From NCBI GenBank assembly GCA_040437565.1, contig JBDOQK010000076.1, forward strand, positions 1-64,000: DNA of 64,000 bases, read 5' to 3'. The notes below the pieces were generated by a model, which was not told the origin of the DNA, ran no database searches, and saw only the letters and a list, made by a program, of their open reading frames with translations. Origin of the DNA: Albugo candida (lineage: Eukaryota). The position numbers and the translations under genes were made by a program. Shown piece after piece: positions 1-12,716 of this stretch (positions within the stretch are counted from its first letter, which is position 1; each line of letters starts with the position of its first letter).

Positions 1-2754
1 ATATCACCTGCGGTAATGAGCTTTCCAAATTCCTTGCTAACAACTCAAACGTCCTACTTTACCACACCTCCATTCAGTACGAAAAATTACCAGACAGTAA
101 TCGCGAATGGTGAAGTGCTCATTGTAGTTTTATCCAAAAGTAGCGTTACATTCTAAAAAGATCCACAGGTTTGTCGTTTCACTTCCACCATGACCACAAC
201 TGCGATTATCAAGCATGCAAACCGAACACCAGAAAATGTTGCACATTGTTGGACCCCAAAGAAGAAACGTTTTTCGTACAATTTTTTTCACAATCAACAA
301 GGCTTTTCTGCTCCAAGTAACGAGACGATATTTATGTGTATGCACAATAATCAAATGTTTGATATAAGCACTTGTTGGCTTTGTTATGGGAAATTCTCGT
401 ATGATTTCCAATGCAAGTGGAAGGGCTATGACTTGTGCAAGTTTGGGAATACAAGCGTTCTCGTCACAATAAATGCATCCACAAAACTATTCTGTATCCC
501 TTCAACGTATACATCAAAGTTAGGATGTTTCGCCTGCTATTTCAATCAAAGGTGTACAATTGCCTGACGTCAACTAGAATTGAGCGCATGTCCAACTTTT
601 TCGTTGATTCAGTAGCACGTCTGCAATGGTTCTTGTTGTCACCAATGATACTGGATTAATGCGGTCGGTCCTACTATTTCTATATATGAACGATTTGAAC
701 AAAATGCCACAATGGATGCTAGATCTCATATCAGTATTACTATGTATGAGAAAATCAAATCACTTTTGAAGCGAGTATCCACTCGGGCATACGTCAGCAA
801 TTCAGATATGAGCTTGTGGTTTCTTAAGTTCCAGGAGTCGCAAATGTATTACCGAAATATTGTCAGGCAACAGACAAACCGGCTTTAATGTCAACTAAAG
901 AACATGTTTCAATGGATAGGCAGTAATCTGTCACTCCAGTGACTCCAACGTCATTCCTACTTTCATTACCTTGGATCAGCTCGAATGATCTCGCCTTATT
1001 TATGGAGTATTACCTTACTGGGTGCAATGTACTATACGATGTTGGAATCATTCAAGAAGGCTTACACGTTATAGCGCTAATTGCGAAATCTATACTCTAT
1101 CACTCAACGATACAAAACAGGAGGGAGGCGCAACGGATTCAGACATTCTACCCGGCAGGATCTGCTCTCTTCGACTAATCATAATCATCATATGATGCAA
1201 GCCTTTCTGAACTCGATGGCCCTGGTCTGCATATTATTGAAGAAATATACGTCAATTTCATTAGAAGAACAAACAGAATCGTTACTTCTTTGCAACTTGA
1301 ATCGCTATAGTGTTCTATCAGGTACCTTGGGATGGATTCAATGCATTCTCAAGCGTTTATGCTGCGTCAAGGAAACTTTGCATGCAGAAAAATGAGGTGC
1401 AACTAGTATCAGTTCTTATAAAAAAACAGCCTCGGGGATATGCATGAGGTGAACGCTGGTTTTGAGAAGCATGAATTTGGTTTCAAGAATGCTATCCAAA
1501 TGCAAAATAGATCGTATCTAACACCATGGATTGCGATCTTGTGCACGAATGATGAATGATTCTGATGTTTTGCGATAAAGAGATAAAAATAAAGGGATCT
1601 CGAAACTACTATCTATTATGGGCAGCTTTGCAGCAGCTTCTCTCAGCGTTTGACGTGTACGTGTTAGCGATTGCGTAAAAAGTTACAATGTAACCAATTG
1701 TACAGAAATTTTTTCACAGCACCTTCTACAAGTCCATCCGTTGATGCTACCAAGACAGCAGACTATTTCTGATTGCAAGCGTGTTAGACTAAAAAAGATC
1801 AGCAGGAAAAATTCAGAACTAAAACGCGACAAGATCGCGCAGGAATCAAGATTTGATCTCAACAATAAATTCTATTTCCCCGGTAGCAATGCGCCACGTC
1901 GATAGTAGAACTTCTGATGCTGGCACTATCACGTCCACTGACATTTACTTTGTCAAGAGTAATGTATTAGAATTTTTTTTCCGACAAATACGAGTACGCG
2001 TTTTGAGGGGTAAGAAGTGCCACGTATGTAACTTGGTTCTGTGTTTTTCCACTGCTTGTCGTTATTTCAGTGCTACCAAACACACTTTTGCAGGAATATT
2101 ATCTCTGAACAGCCCTCTAGCTGTCTTAAACTCATATTAATCGGTAAGTTCAGCACATGAACCTCCCAATTTTCGTCATAGAATCTGTGAGAACCTTTCC
2201 TCATCTTTCTGCAAAAATGGTTCCTACAAACACCCTCATATCCACTTTCACATTGTGACAAGAACTTTTCATTATAGACTTTGGATGTTAAGCTATATCA
2301 AGATGGTTATCGACTATCGGCATTTGGGTCCTCAGTTATATTGATACCGCGAATCACATTATCGCAGTTCCATCCAAAAAGAGATAAACTTAGACTTACA
2401 CTGCGAGATTGGCAGTATTTATTCAACTTCTGTAATCAATCTACATCAGCGACAGTCCACGAAAAAAACAGATTGCTCAAATGCACATCACCACCATCCC
2501 CTCCATCCAACTTGACGGTTATACTTTCTTTGGATGAGCTGACATACCATCAGTCTCTTGTTTTCTTCGAGTATGTACCCACACATTCGTCGACAGAGAC
2601 GTATCTGTCTTTCAGCTTCATTCAAGTTGATAGTCTGATATATATTATTGGAAGCGGCTTTCGCTCACTTCTTAACTACGATTCGCATTGATGATTGGCA
2701 GCACGTATTCAAACGCTGTGATGCTGAAAAAGATCCCATGCTTTCGGTCCATCT
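1..2754 (+). pseudogene. Large Cys-rich putative secreted protein family, copy A, 5' part (runs off the left edge)
   Basis: Colinear DNA similarity to 25183-27240 and 51390-54062. Differences between copies are mostly synonymous in a + frame: D-A-S-x-S-x-x-D-G-x-G-L-H-I-I-x-E at ~1194, ~26324 and ~52521. CxxC-like motifs occur (CWLC, CFAC). Many stops and frameshifts. Confidence 0.75.
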
Positions 2755-3229
2755 ACCTGAAGACCTCTCATATCTGACGCATCACTCCCTTCAGGATATC
2801 ATAAGAAACGCGCGCGTTATTGTTGTTTTGTCTATCGATTTTTGTATGATTTCTTGGAAAATCTCGTAAATGCGCTCGTTCATATAAGCAGCTAGGGAAT
2901 CATCTTTTGGAATCGGATCTTCAGTCTCCGTTGCGTGTTTATCAATTTCACTATAAAAGTACGAGACTCCTGATTGTATGATGCTTCGCATGTCTCTATT
3001 CTACCATGTTGACGTAAACCTCGCGTAAGAGTTCTACCGCTGTCTCCGGGAACTCGGTTGGAACCTGCAGCGTCTATGCAAACTTGGAGGCCATGAGGAT
3101 GACCGGTCGTTCAGGGAAGTGGGCACGGTCACCTCGTCAGGGACTACAGAATCCAAGTCTTTTTCACGTAAAATCCTCTTGGTTTCGCTAATATGCTTAT
3201 AAAACTATTTTTGCTTATAATAACAACAT

Positions 3230-4240
3230 CTACGTCGTAGGGGCTGGTTCGATCATGTTTTGTGTTGTAGTCGTAATTTGGTCCGATATGGGACGATACC
3301 AAATGTATTGATGTGAGTGTGAGATGCATAGTAATGAAGCTTGATATGCTACATACTGATCGCTTTCTTGACTTCTGGAATCTGATAAATCTCACGGAGA
3401 TACTGAAAACGAGTCAGAATCAGCGAACAGAATCATTCATACATTTCGTAAGTTGGGGTAGTCTTCAATCATCTCTTCATTCGTTTTCAAATGCACGATG
3501 TACACCTCGTCGAAAGGTATCAGAGTCATGAACAGCCTCAAATCGGCCTTCCTTGGGCAAATTCCGAGAAGATATCGCTGAGAGGAGAAGCTGTATACAG
3601 CCCAATCCAAAGATGCAAGAAGAGTTCCGACCGCTTCATCCTTCGCTTGCTGAGATTGCGCGAAACCAAACTTGTAGTTTCCGTTATTCATACCGTCATA
3701 CACCCACGCATTGATCTTCGATCTGATTCTGGGGCTTGTTTGTTATAGATCAATAGTTGGAGATAGAACGAAAGAGTCGAAAGCGGAATCGAACCTACGC
3801 AAAATGCCAGCAGATGCGTTGTTGGTGATAGCTTTCGTCTTTTTATCCCACAAATTGGAACAGTGTATCGTACTTCGCCTTTGCAGCACATCTTATATAG
3901 ATCGAGGACGAGGTTACAGTGGTTGATTATATCGAAACTCGCTCCTTCTGATGAGTACGATCCTAATCCGGTGGGATCCGGTAATGTTAGCGTCTTCTTT
4001 GGATAACAAAAATCCATCCTACGTGTTTATCCCGAAGACCATTTGGTCGAGTACGCTGGAACACGGGATATACTACGAATTACCCAATCAATTCGTTTAA
4101 TTTCTTGAGACATAAACTTGTAAGAGAGAGTGTTGCCAATAACAGGCGTATAAAATGTACAGATGGTACCGATCTTTTGCTGTGATATGACAGTGAGACA
4201 GGGCTTCGATTGTTTTCTAAGAAACGTACGTGCGGGAAAC
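3230..4240 (-). pseudogene. Glutathionyl-hydroquinone reductase / omega-like GST (YqjG/ECM4 family) pseudogene
   Basis: Motifs RYTVPI, YDGMNNGNYKFGFAQSQQAKDEAV, ADLRLFMTLIPFDEVYIVHLK, DYPNL and HIKLHYYASHTHINTFGIVP match the YqjG family. Frameshifts and stops are present. A 40-nt GT-AG intron lies at 3403-3442. Confidence 0.85.
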
Positions 4241-5194
4241 AAGGAATTTGGGCTGGAAACGGGCTCGTTCCACCGACAAGAAATACTGTCCGGTCGAAGA
4301 AAGCCGCAGTTTTTTTGAAATGAGTGATTTATCTGCGGAAAATAACGCCATTAATCGGCTGATTATGATCGAATATGTGAAAGCAACTGGCAAAGGGGGG
4401 GGGGTGAGTTGTGAGCTGCGAAGACAAATGTTTTTTCGCTGATCGTACCGTACACTTATTTCGATTCATCTGATAGAAAAGTAACGATATATTCGTAAAC
4501 GATATGTATTACAAATTTTTTCATTATAGATTGACGGCCAAATGTGCGACTGGATGCAGTGATTCGTCGCGATTACTACTGCTCGACATCGCTTTTGTAT
4601 GACGTACAAACGTTTTTGGCCTGTGGATGGATGCAAGTAGCGATTTTACCAGAGTGTCACGATACTACCCTTTTTGATAATAAGTGCTTTCTCTCGCAGC
4701 AAAGGGTCAAATTAAAAATAGTAAACGCTTGATTCAAGCACACACATCAGAAACCTTGCGATTAAAAGGCGGTACATGCTCTGATTCTGTTTTATTGCTC
4801 GTGTACATGATCCGTGCATGTTCAGTACTGAAATGGATAGTCTGATCAGCATGGTAATTCACACAAATCTGTGACTACAAGTGTTGTGATTTACATATCG
4901 ATGAAATTATTCATTTCAGTTCGGAATACAGAAAGCAAAAGCACTCAGCTCAATGCACAAATTCCAGCGTCTACTCAGAGTCTGAGATATAATGTGGGCA
5001 AATGCTGAGAAATAAAAAAATCCTTACGCAAGATATCCGTAAAAGCTCGTCAGTATGTACATTCTTTTGGTTCTTTGTTTTTTTCATTTACAGATTTGAA
5101 CGCTTCGTGAAACAGATCGGGCGAACAATCTCTTATAAATAATACAATCGTACGCCTGTTCTCGTAAAAAACATTATCAACCAACGCCTGGAAG

Positions 5195-8100
5195 TTGCAC
5201 ATTGCAGCGAGAGACCTACCAAACGAAATGTGTCCGCAAAAAAGCGAGATCAATTCACCGAATTCAGCCAACGAGATGAAGAAAACGTGCAGGGTAGCAA
5301 TTGAAATGAACACCGAGAGCTCCAATGATGAAGTTCTCATTGCAGCAATCTCTGACAATCGATCTAGAGAATTAGGTACGTCTCACGAACGCATGGCCAA
5401 AAATGATGATTTTGGAGCTTAAGGAATCGCGATGATCGATCTATCGTCACCTCATGAGCTTTTATTATGGAACGTCATCGACTCGGCTCATCATGTGGAA
5501 GAAAATTTGCTACTGGAGGAATTACAAGTATGGGGACTTGGGAATAGATCTTTGATAATAGGGGAGGTACCAGTAGCCGAAAGTATTTCTTGTAGTGGAA
5601 ACACTACAAAAGCAAAGAGTGAACGGAGAAATTGAAAATTAATTGGAGAACACAATGTGCAAAAAAAATCCGCTCCCACGGAAATGTTTCGACTGATTGA
5701 TCGGCTCAAAATGTTTCATCTGTGCATACAACAGGTCAAAAAAAAGGGAGGAGAAGATTTGAAGCGAGTTCTGACACATTGTAGTGATGTTAACATCATC
5801 CGGTGCGTCTTTTGATGGAGTGAGTGACGTTTCCGAGGCTCAAATGTGTCTCATGCGAAGGATTACGTTTTGATGGCAGCTGTTGCATGCTTATTTCGAC
5901 AAGTTGAGTTTGTACACGGGGTCTATCTCGCAGAACGATCGGTCAATGTATGGATTACGAACTTACATATGCAAATACTTCTACTCGAATAGGTTCTTGT
6001 GATGCCGCATTGAATAATTTATTGATGGAATACTCCACTATTAGATCTGTGAAGCTATAAGAGTGTACTCGCGGCAACTCTAAGAAGCAAGTCAGTACAA
6101 TATCATTGGATCCTTTTTATATCTCTACACAAGAGATCGTTGTCACTATTACGAATACGGCACAGCACAAAAATCACTTCTGGGAATCGGCTTTGAGATC
6201 GACGGGGAGCTTGTGTCATTTTACAGAATCAGTCATTTTTCAAGCTTTTTTAGATCCTACATCCTCCGTGTCATTTGGTTACGATGTAAGGGAAGACGAA
6301 TTTGACAGATGCGACTTGCATTGATGCTACCCGTCCGAGAGTTTTTATCGACAAGAAGCCGTAACGGTACTCATGGAGCATTCCTAATGGTTTTTCTATA
6401 TCAGGGATCAACTCTGCAACTTCACGCGTCTGGATGTCTTCTTGTACGCACACGCAATACAGGCATTGGATTATCGGTATTCTCATTGTCAGGGACAATT
6501 TTTATATTTTCCAAAGCCATAACGTTTCGTGTTCCCCCATGGCGATAATCAACATTTTTCAATTTGAGCGAAATCTCTTCAGCAAGAAATCTCTCGTATT
6601 ATCAGTGACAGGTTTATGGGATGAAGAAGAATCTGATTGAACAATTTAGCTCATTGTTCGATAAAGTCGTCTACAAACTCGTGTGCTAAGAAAGGGATAC
6701 AAGTGTGCTTTGTCGTTCGTGCAGGAATCCACGGAATGCTTGATGTAGCCAGAAGAACGTATTTGGATACAATTGAGAAATTACATGTGTACGTTCAAGA
6801 CTATAATCAGACGTTGAAGATCCCAATTCGACTCGCTTACACGTATGCACGCACAATTCAGCAATATAGAAGATGATGATAACTTTGTTGACATTAGAGA
6901 CCTCAAAATAGATCACTTGACGATAGCTCCCAGCGTACAAAATGCTCCTTCCGTTCCGATCAAGCGATTCGTGAAAAGGAAAAGTACGATGGAATCACTG
7001 AAGCGCTTCAAACGCTTCTTTGAAAGTCTTGTACACAGTTATCCAGTGCACAACAAAAAAGTTTAGCTTACTCGTTGATCGACTCCGAGAGTCTATGATG
7101 TCCATTTACAAGCTTTCGACTGGCGTTGTGCAAGATTTATTGAAGCAGCTTCGCCCGTACGCTCGTAATTTTATTCAATGGAGTGCATCAGGATAGTAAA
7201 AATTCTGTTGAGTTATCGATTTGATGATCACAACGATGATTGAGAACATAACCGATTCGCTCTACAAATGTCATTGCGCTTTCATTTTTCGAGAAGCCAT
7301 GAAAACCATATCGAATTAGTTGCTTGTGGAATCCATTAGCATTGTGATCAGATACCCGACCCGATATTTTGAGCGTGGTAATACCGTAAACCAGCAAGGG
7401 AGACATCCATTAGTAGAGATATCGATACGGGAGCGGAATTTCGTAGCAAATCATCTGGTACGACTACTTGATTCGATACCCAGTAAGCCCTAACAATGTA
7501 CCCTGACTCGATGAGCACCTTTCATGGTAGATCGCTCACCACGGCTTTGGAGTAGCTTTACGTATCTCTATCGTAGTCATCTCAGAACCCTAATTGTGCA
7601 GGAAAACGACGTGAATGAAATCAGTGGAGATCATCACGACATTCGCACACATGGCTTCTACGTTCCCCCGACAGCTCTTTTTCTTCCTCTACGAGATCGA
7701 GTTTGCACTCGTTTCGGAACGTCAAACTATATGGTAGAGAACGCCAGCACATTTGGAGTAGAAATGACCGAAACAGATCTTATTCTCGAGAAAGAGAGAA
7801 AAGCTTCGCTCGTGCTCGTTGATGAACTAGGTCGCGGTACAGCAAGTGATGAAGTCTGTGCATTGGCGTGAATATCAGTGAGAATCTGATTGCAAAGCGC
7901 ATAAACACTTGTTTTGCAACGCATTTCCGCCAACTGAATGAATTAGCGAATGTGTACATCAAATGCAAATTTTACCATTTGGCTGCCTCATTTCAGAGGT
8001 AAGATGTGCTTTCGTACTCTCAAATCCATATCACATTCTCTGTAGACAGATACTCCAACACGTTGAATGATGGAACTTATCCAGATTACGCAAAGTATGA

Positions 8101-8300
8101 AATTAAGGCTTCCAACATGTGTGGGCTACCCATGCAAATAATGCGAGATGCTGAAGAAATATACTTCCGCCTTTAAAGCAATCAGCAATTGGTCTAGGCG
8201 AGTACTTCATCTAGTGAAGGTTGTGTGGAGTGAAAACTGCTAAACCACTTGCTGGCGTTTATACACGCTGGTCTTGACAAAAAGGAACCTATCTCTCTCA
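5195..8300 (+). pseudogene. MSH4: MutS homolog 4 (meiotic) pseudogene; true 5' end may lie further upstream
   Basis: IAAISDNRSRELG, CFVVRAGIHGMLDVARRTY, GFYVP...DRVCTRFGTSNYMVENASTFGVEM and SLVLVDELGRGT, plus an FATHF-like motif at ~7913. The N-terminal and LDxARRTY motifs are typical of MSH4. Many stops and frameshifts. Candidate short introns at ~5803-5860, ~5948-5992, ~7484-7530 and 7999-8045. Confidence 0.85.
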
Positions 8301-8499
8301 GGTTTTGTCACGCCATAGCGTCGAAAATCTCAGCTCTTTGTGTCCCCCTCCAGTCCCGGAGGAAAACAAATCAAGCCTATCCTATCGAATAAAAGCAGAG
8401 ATTTTATCAAAGCAAGAAAGTGGTCAAATGCAAGAGCTTGCACGCATTTCAAAGTCGGTGCTTTTTATTGTACTGGGGCTTTCAACTCGATAGGAAATC

Positions 8500-11400
8500 T
8501 CTGATGACTCTCTTCTAATAATGCGGAATCCTATTTCACAATCGCAACCCAAAATCCGAACGTCAAAAATGTCTTTTCTTGTATAGTGATTGCAATACGT
8601 ACATCAATTGGTTCCAACGGATGCAAGAAGAACTCATCTACCTCCAAATGAACTTGGACGAGATTGCGACCACTACTGACGATTGTTGAATACGGCTCTT
8701 CTTGCGTTGCAATGATATTCTCATTAGAATGTGCTTCAGGTATTGTCTGGTCTTCGTACGCGTCGATTTATATCGGTGTGTCATCGAGAATAACCTGAAT
8801 ATTTTACGGTCACAAGTACGAAGACATTGATGCTTCCATTACCTCTACATTCCCAATCATTATCACATCAATGATGAAGAACTAGCTGAACCCATTCATC
8901 TATTGAATTTACAACAAGAAGAATTGTAGAATATCGAGACGATTCACATTCCGATGATCTTTTACGAGGAAGTTGGGCAAATGTTATCATTGGAATGTAA
9001 TGAACTAACGTGGTTTTTTTAACCAAGTCCCGGGAACTGGAAGGGAACTATCTCCACTCAGTAGGCCAATGCGAGGCTCCAGAGAATTCCGGCACCTTCC
9101 TTCTACATCGATTCAACACACCTCCAAGTCTTTCTTGTTCGTAAACAAGGTCAAAAGGGATATAAATTCGACACATTTCGATGCTGTTCCAACGGTGCGA
9201 GCAATCGCTGCTTCAAATTCGACAGTGTTCTCATTTCAGGGACTTGAGGCAACTCCTGAAACGAGACTGACATCCCGATCATCAAGACCAGCTATTGATG
9301 CATTGGCCGCGTAAGAGGAAATCTGCTGCCCCAATTCGGTCCATTCGATTTCTCTCCATTCATTCTCCATCTATTTTTTCAGTTCTTCAGAGATTTCAGC
9401 ATCTGTTCCATCTTCCAAAATACTCTTTCGTACGAATTCTCAAGTCTGCTTTGAATCTTTTCTCGGTCTCATTGAAGGCTCAACATGGCTGTCGTTCCCT
9501 TCTCCGATGTGGAAATATTGCGATCCGTATCACTACCAGTTTTTTCCTCCGTATTGCTCTGATGGAATGACAGTAAAGCGTAAAGTAGGGCTTTCTGTAG
9601 AGTCTCTAATTCTCGCGCTATTGCCGACCTGAACTGAAGATCAGGATAGTCTTTCATCAGATTTACGGTGGACGCTGAGTCCTGGCTACATTGACTACAA
9701 AGGAAGCAATACTTTCCAAAGGTGTTTTCAAAGACTGTGGAGAGGATCGAGGTACAAGTGGCGCAAGCAAAGCTCCGAATCGATAGATTCTGATCCATAT
9801 TGGCTTCTTTAGATGGGATAATTATCAATAGATTGGCGCAAAAATACGCCTAAAGCTCTTGTACGCTACAGCAAGGGTTTCAACAAACGGTTTCAGGGCA
9901 TACTGTGCTGTAGAATAGAAATGAAAGCGGGATTATATCACCGCAAGGAAATCCATAACGGAGAGGAAAATGCCGTCGCATTCGTACATCATCAAGATGT
10001 ATTTTGATCTACAGATAGAAGGTATGTGTGTTATGATATAATACAGGTTATACGGTGATGCTGTTACGACGTCAGATTCGAGGCCAGGCTCTTCACGCGA
10101 CGGAAATCTTCTATCCGGATCGAGGCTATCACTGATAAAATCGAGCGAAAAGCTTTGAGGAATTGGCAACAAAATCCGGTATTCCGCTGTGCATCAAAGC
10201 TGCGCAAAAGTAAGGTCTCAATGGCACTATTTATACTCTTGTGTCAACTGAGTATTATATGATTGCAATGAGGCTGTTTGGAGCACGGGATTTTCCCCTT
10301 TCCTAAATTTTAATATTGAGAATATGGACGACTTGATACCGTCTTTGGACTATGGGAGCGACATTGATGGCCCATCAAGTACCCAGAGCATGGAAAGGTG
10401 GGAAGCTTGCAGAATATTGATTATCTCTACCACGTGATTCGTGTCAGATTGCCGCAGTTCAAAGTCCACATGGCGTCATGATTGGACTGTATGAATCAAA
10501 TTCATGGAAGAGTGTGACTTTTGCGGGATTTTTTTCACTTACACACGAATCAAAATGCTGAATGTGTTTGCGTTTACTCTCTCAAGATATTTGTCTGCCA
10601 TGTTCTTGACCAGTAGTGCACGGCAATAGCTTCTGCAGGTATTTCAAAGTTGAGCATCGTTTGGTGATAGAGATGTTTTGGAATCGGATACAAGAAATTG
10701 GTATGGTAATGCGATGACATTGTCTGATTCTGAACGAGAAGAAGACCAAAAATGCTTTTATTGCCACTTTCCAGCCAATTGATCCCATGAATTGTTTTGT
10801 TAGAAGACCTGGACCATTTTGGCAGATTGTCTCCATGAATTTATTTGACTGACGCAAGAAAAGCTTTTCTGTTGTGAAATCTGCGATATTGTCAAGTATC
10901 CGTGCGTCTGTTAGCGCCATCGTTGGTGTCTGTGTTCCGAGAGTATCGACTATTCTCCCATTATTGGGTGATGCTGTGTTCATGCGAGAAGCTAATTGTT
11001 CAATCCAAAGACAACTCGCGTTTGCAGTTCCTGTGACAAATGAGAAATACTTGCGGCGAGTGCGATCAACGAGTCGGTAATGTGAATGGATACATCTCAC
11101 TTTGTACAAACTTTCGAATGATTTCAGACATTTGTAATCCACATCCGAAGAAATCCCGTCAAATCACAGCAGGATTTCTTATCGCAAGATATCACTTTTC
11201 TCGTCAATATTTGATGCCAAATAGAAGCGATTCCGCGCATTTTGAGATTGACTCAGTATATTGTGAATAGAAGAAATTGACTCACTTCAATTCGGAGCTT
11301 TAGCATCGAAAGTTCATTCACGGTCCATAGTTACTGGTATGCATTATTAGGGGCAAACAGAAGAATAAACACGCGTATATTCGCACTTAGTCCTATTTTG

Positions 11401-12700
11401 GATGTATTTGCCGCCATGTCTTCATTTGTAGCAGACAGAACGCTGAAACCGGGTGTGGACCGAGCCAAATTTGATGGATGATAAAAAATATTAGCATTAT
11501 GCTATCAGGTAGCGTACAGTTGCATAGTTCCTCATTTGCTCGTATGCGTAAACTACGATCCCAATTGCGATCTATAGGGCTTCAGAAATTCCATATCCAT
11601 TCGGATTTTGCGCTAAATGACATGCTGAAGTTCCTATGTTTGATTTGCTAAATACAGCCAATCTGGAGGCGCTTATGTTCCTTTATTACATGTGCGATTG
11701 GATAAGACATTGGCAGTTGAATATGCTGATTTGCCTAACGCGTATTTACCGATTCCGCATGGGTTCAAAGAATGATTAGTGAACCCGAGGAACCGAGCAT
11801 GAAGCTATAGTATGGTTTGATTCTGGTCTGACTGTACAAGGTACATTCCATAATGATCATAGTATCCACTCAATTCGATCTTAACAAGTCCATTTGAGCA
11901 GATATAACAGAAGCAAGTCATTGCATGCCCCGATACGAATTCGGCGTCAGCGGCACCAACAGAATCAAAGCAACCTAACATTCTCAACGTATCGTTTCGT
12001 CAAACTTAAACATTCGCTTTAGCGTACTATCAATGCGTTGCATGTACACGTTCATACAGGTAGTTGTTTGACTGTGAATGATGTGCAAGTCGGTATCATC
12101 AAATATCACGGAAAAGTATACAGTATACGAAATGCGTGGTCCCATTGAAAAGCACCACTGCATTTGGATGATATTGAGGAAATCAATTGCGTTCATTACA
12201 TCTCTTGCCCTCGTCACCATTGGCCATTTGCGTTGGAAACAGGAAAATGTATGATGGGAGTGGAGCTGACAGCAGAGTGTTTCTCAGTGCAACTCCGAAA
12301 ACGACGGGATGGAAATACACTCCACATTGGCTTTGACGCTCAGGAGAAATCAGCATTTTCCGATGAGAACTTATGGGCAATCTAATTATATCGATAGTCT
12401 CTAAATCCATCGTTGAATACGAAGGTGCAAGACTATATGGATGTCGCAAAGTGTACAAGTTTGCCACATTTTTTTTCTAAAACCAACTGGTGATGATTGC
12501 AGACGATGGATGCGAATTTTGATCACGGTTCTTGAGGATGGAATGATAGAAATGGATGTGGTGAATAGCATCACCACAATGCTTCCTACCGAATGTTTAA
12601 GGCCTGTGAAAGTACCGATTCCTTCAAGTCACATTTCACCTTACTTTCCGGTAACAGAGGTGAAAACGATTTTTCGGCTATCATACAGGGGAGCTTGTAT
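8500..12700 (-). pseudogene. Decayed signalling-type gene(s), probably with PH domain(s); truncated at the insertion edge
   Basis: A chain of minus-strand ORF fragments (9469-9828, 9933-10172, 10582-11142, 11805-12467). RLVDRTRRKYFSFVTGTANASCLWIEQL resembles the end of a PH domain. An RA-like YGMYLV segment is only weakly suggestive. This may be more than one gene. Confidence 0.4.
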
Positions 12701-12716
12701 GCCTCCAAACTCCGCA

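Larger units (their letters stand above)
2755..12716. other. ~10 kb inserted block of duplicated host genes that splits copy A
   Basis: The left flank ...ttcggtccatct (ends 2754) and right flank ttgcttctcaccacacatcaggaacgg (starts ~12717) join to match the uninterrupted copy C sequence ttctgtccgtctcgctccttaccgcacatcgagaacgg (54051-54088). Essentially no target sequence is lost. Confidence 0.8.

Noticed and set aside
130-2261. Minus-strand ORFs in the repeated family (also 26621-27085 and 53029-53304) as the real genes
   Set aside because: Substitutions between copies are synonymous in a + frame, and the signal-peptide-like start is on the + strand.
3230-8300. Retrocopy origin of the GST and MSH4 pseudogenes
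   Set aside because: GT-AG introns and the head-to-head gene arrangement are retained, which indicates DNA-level duplication.
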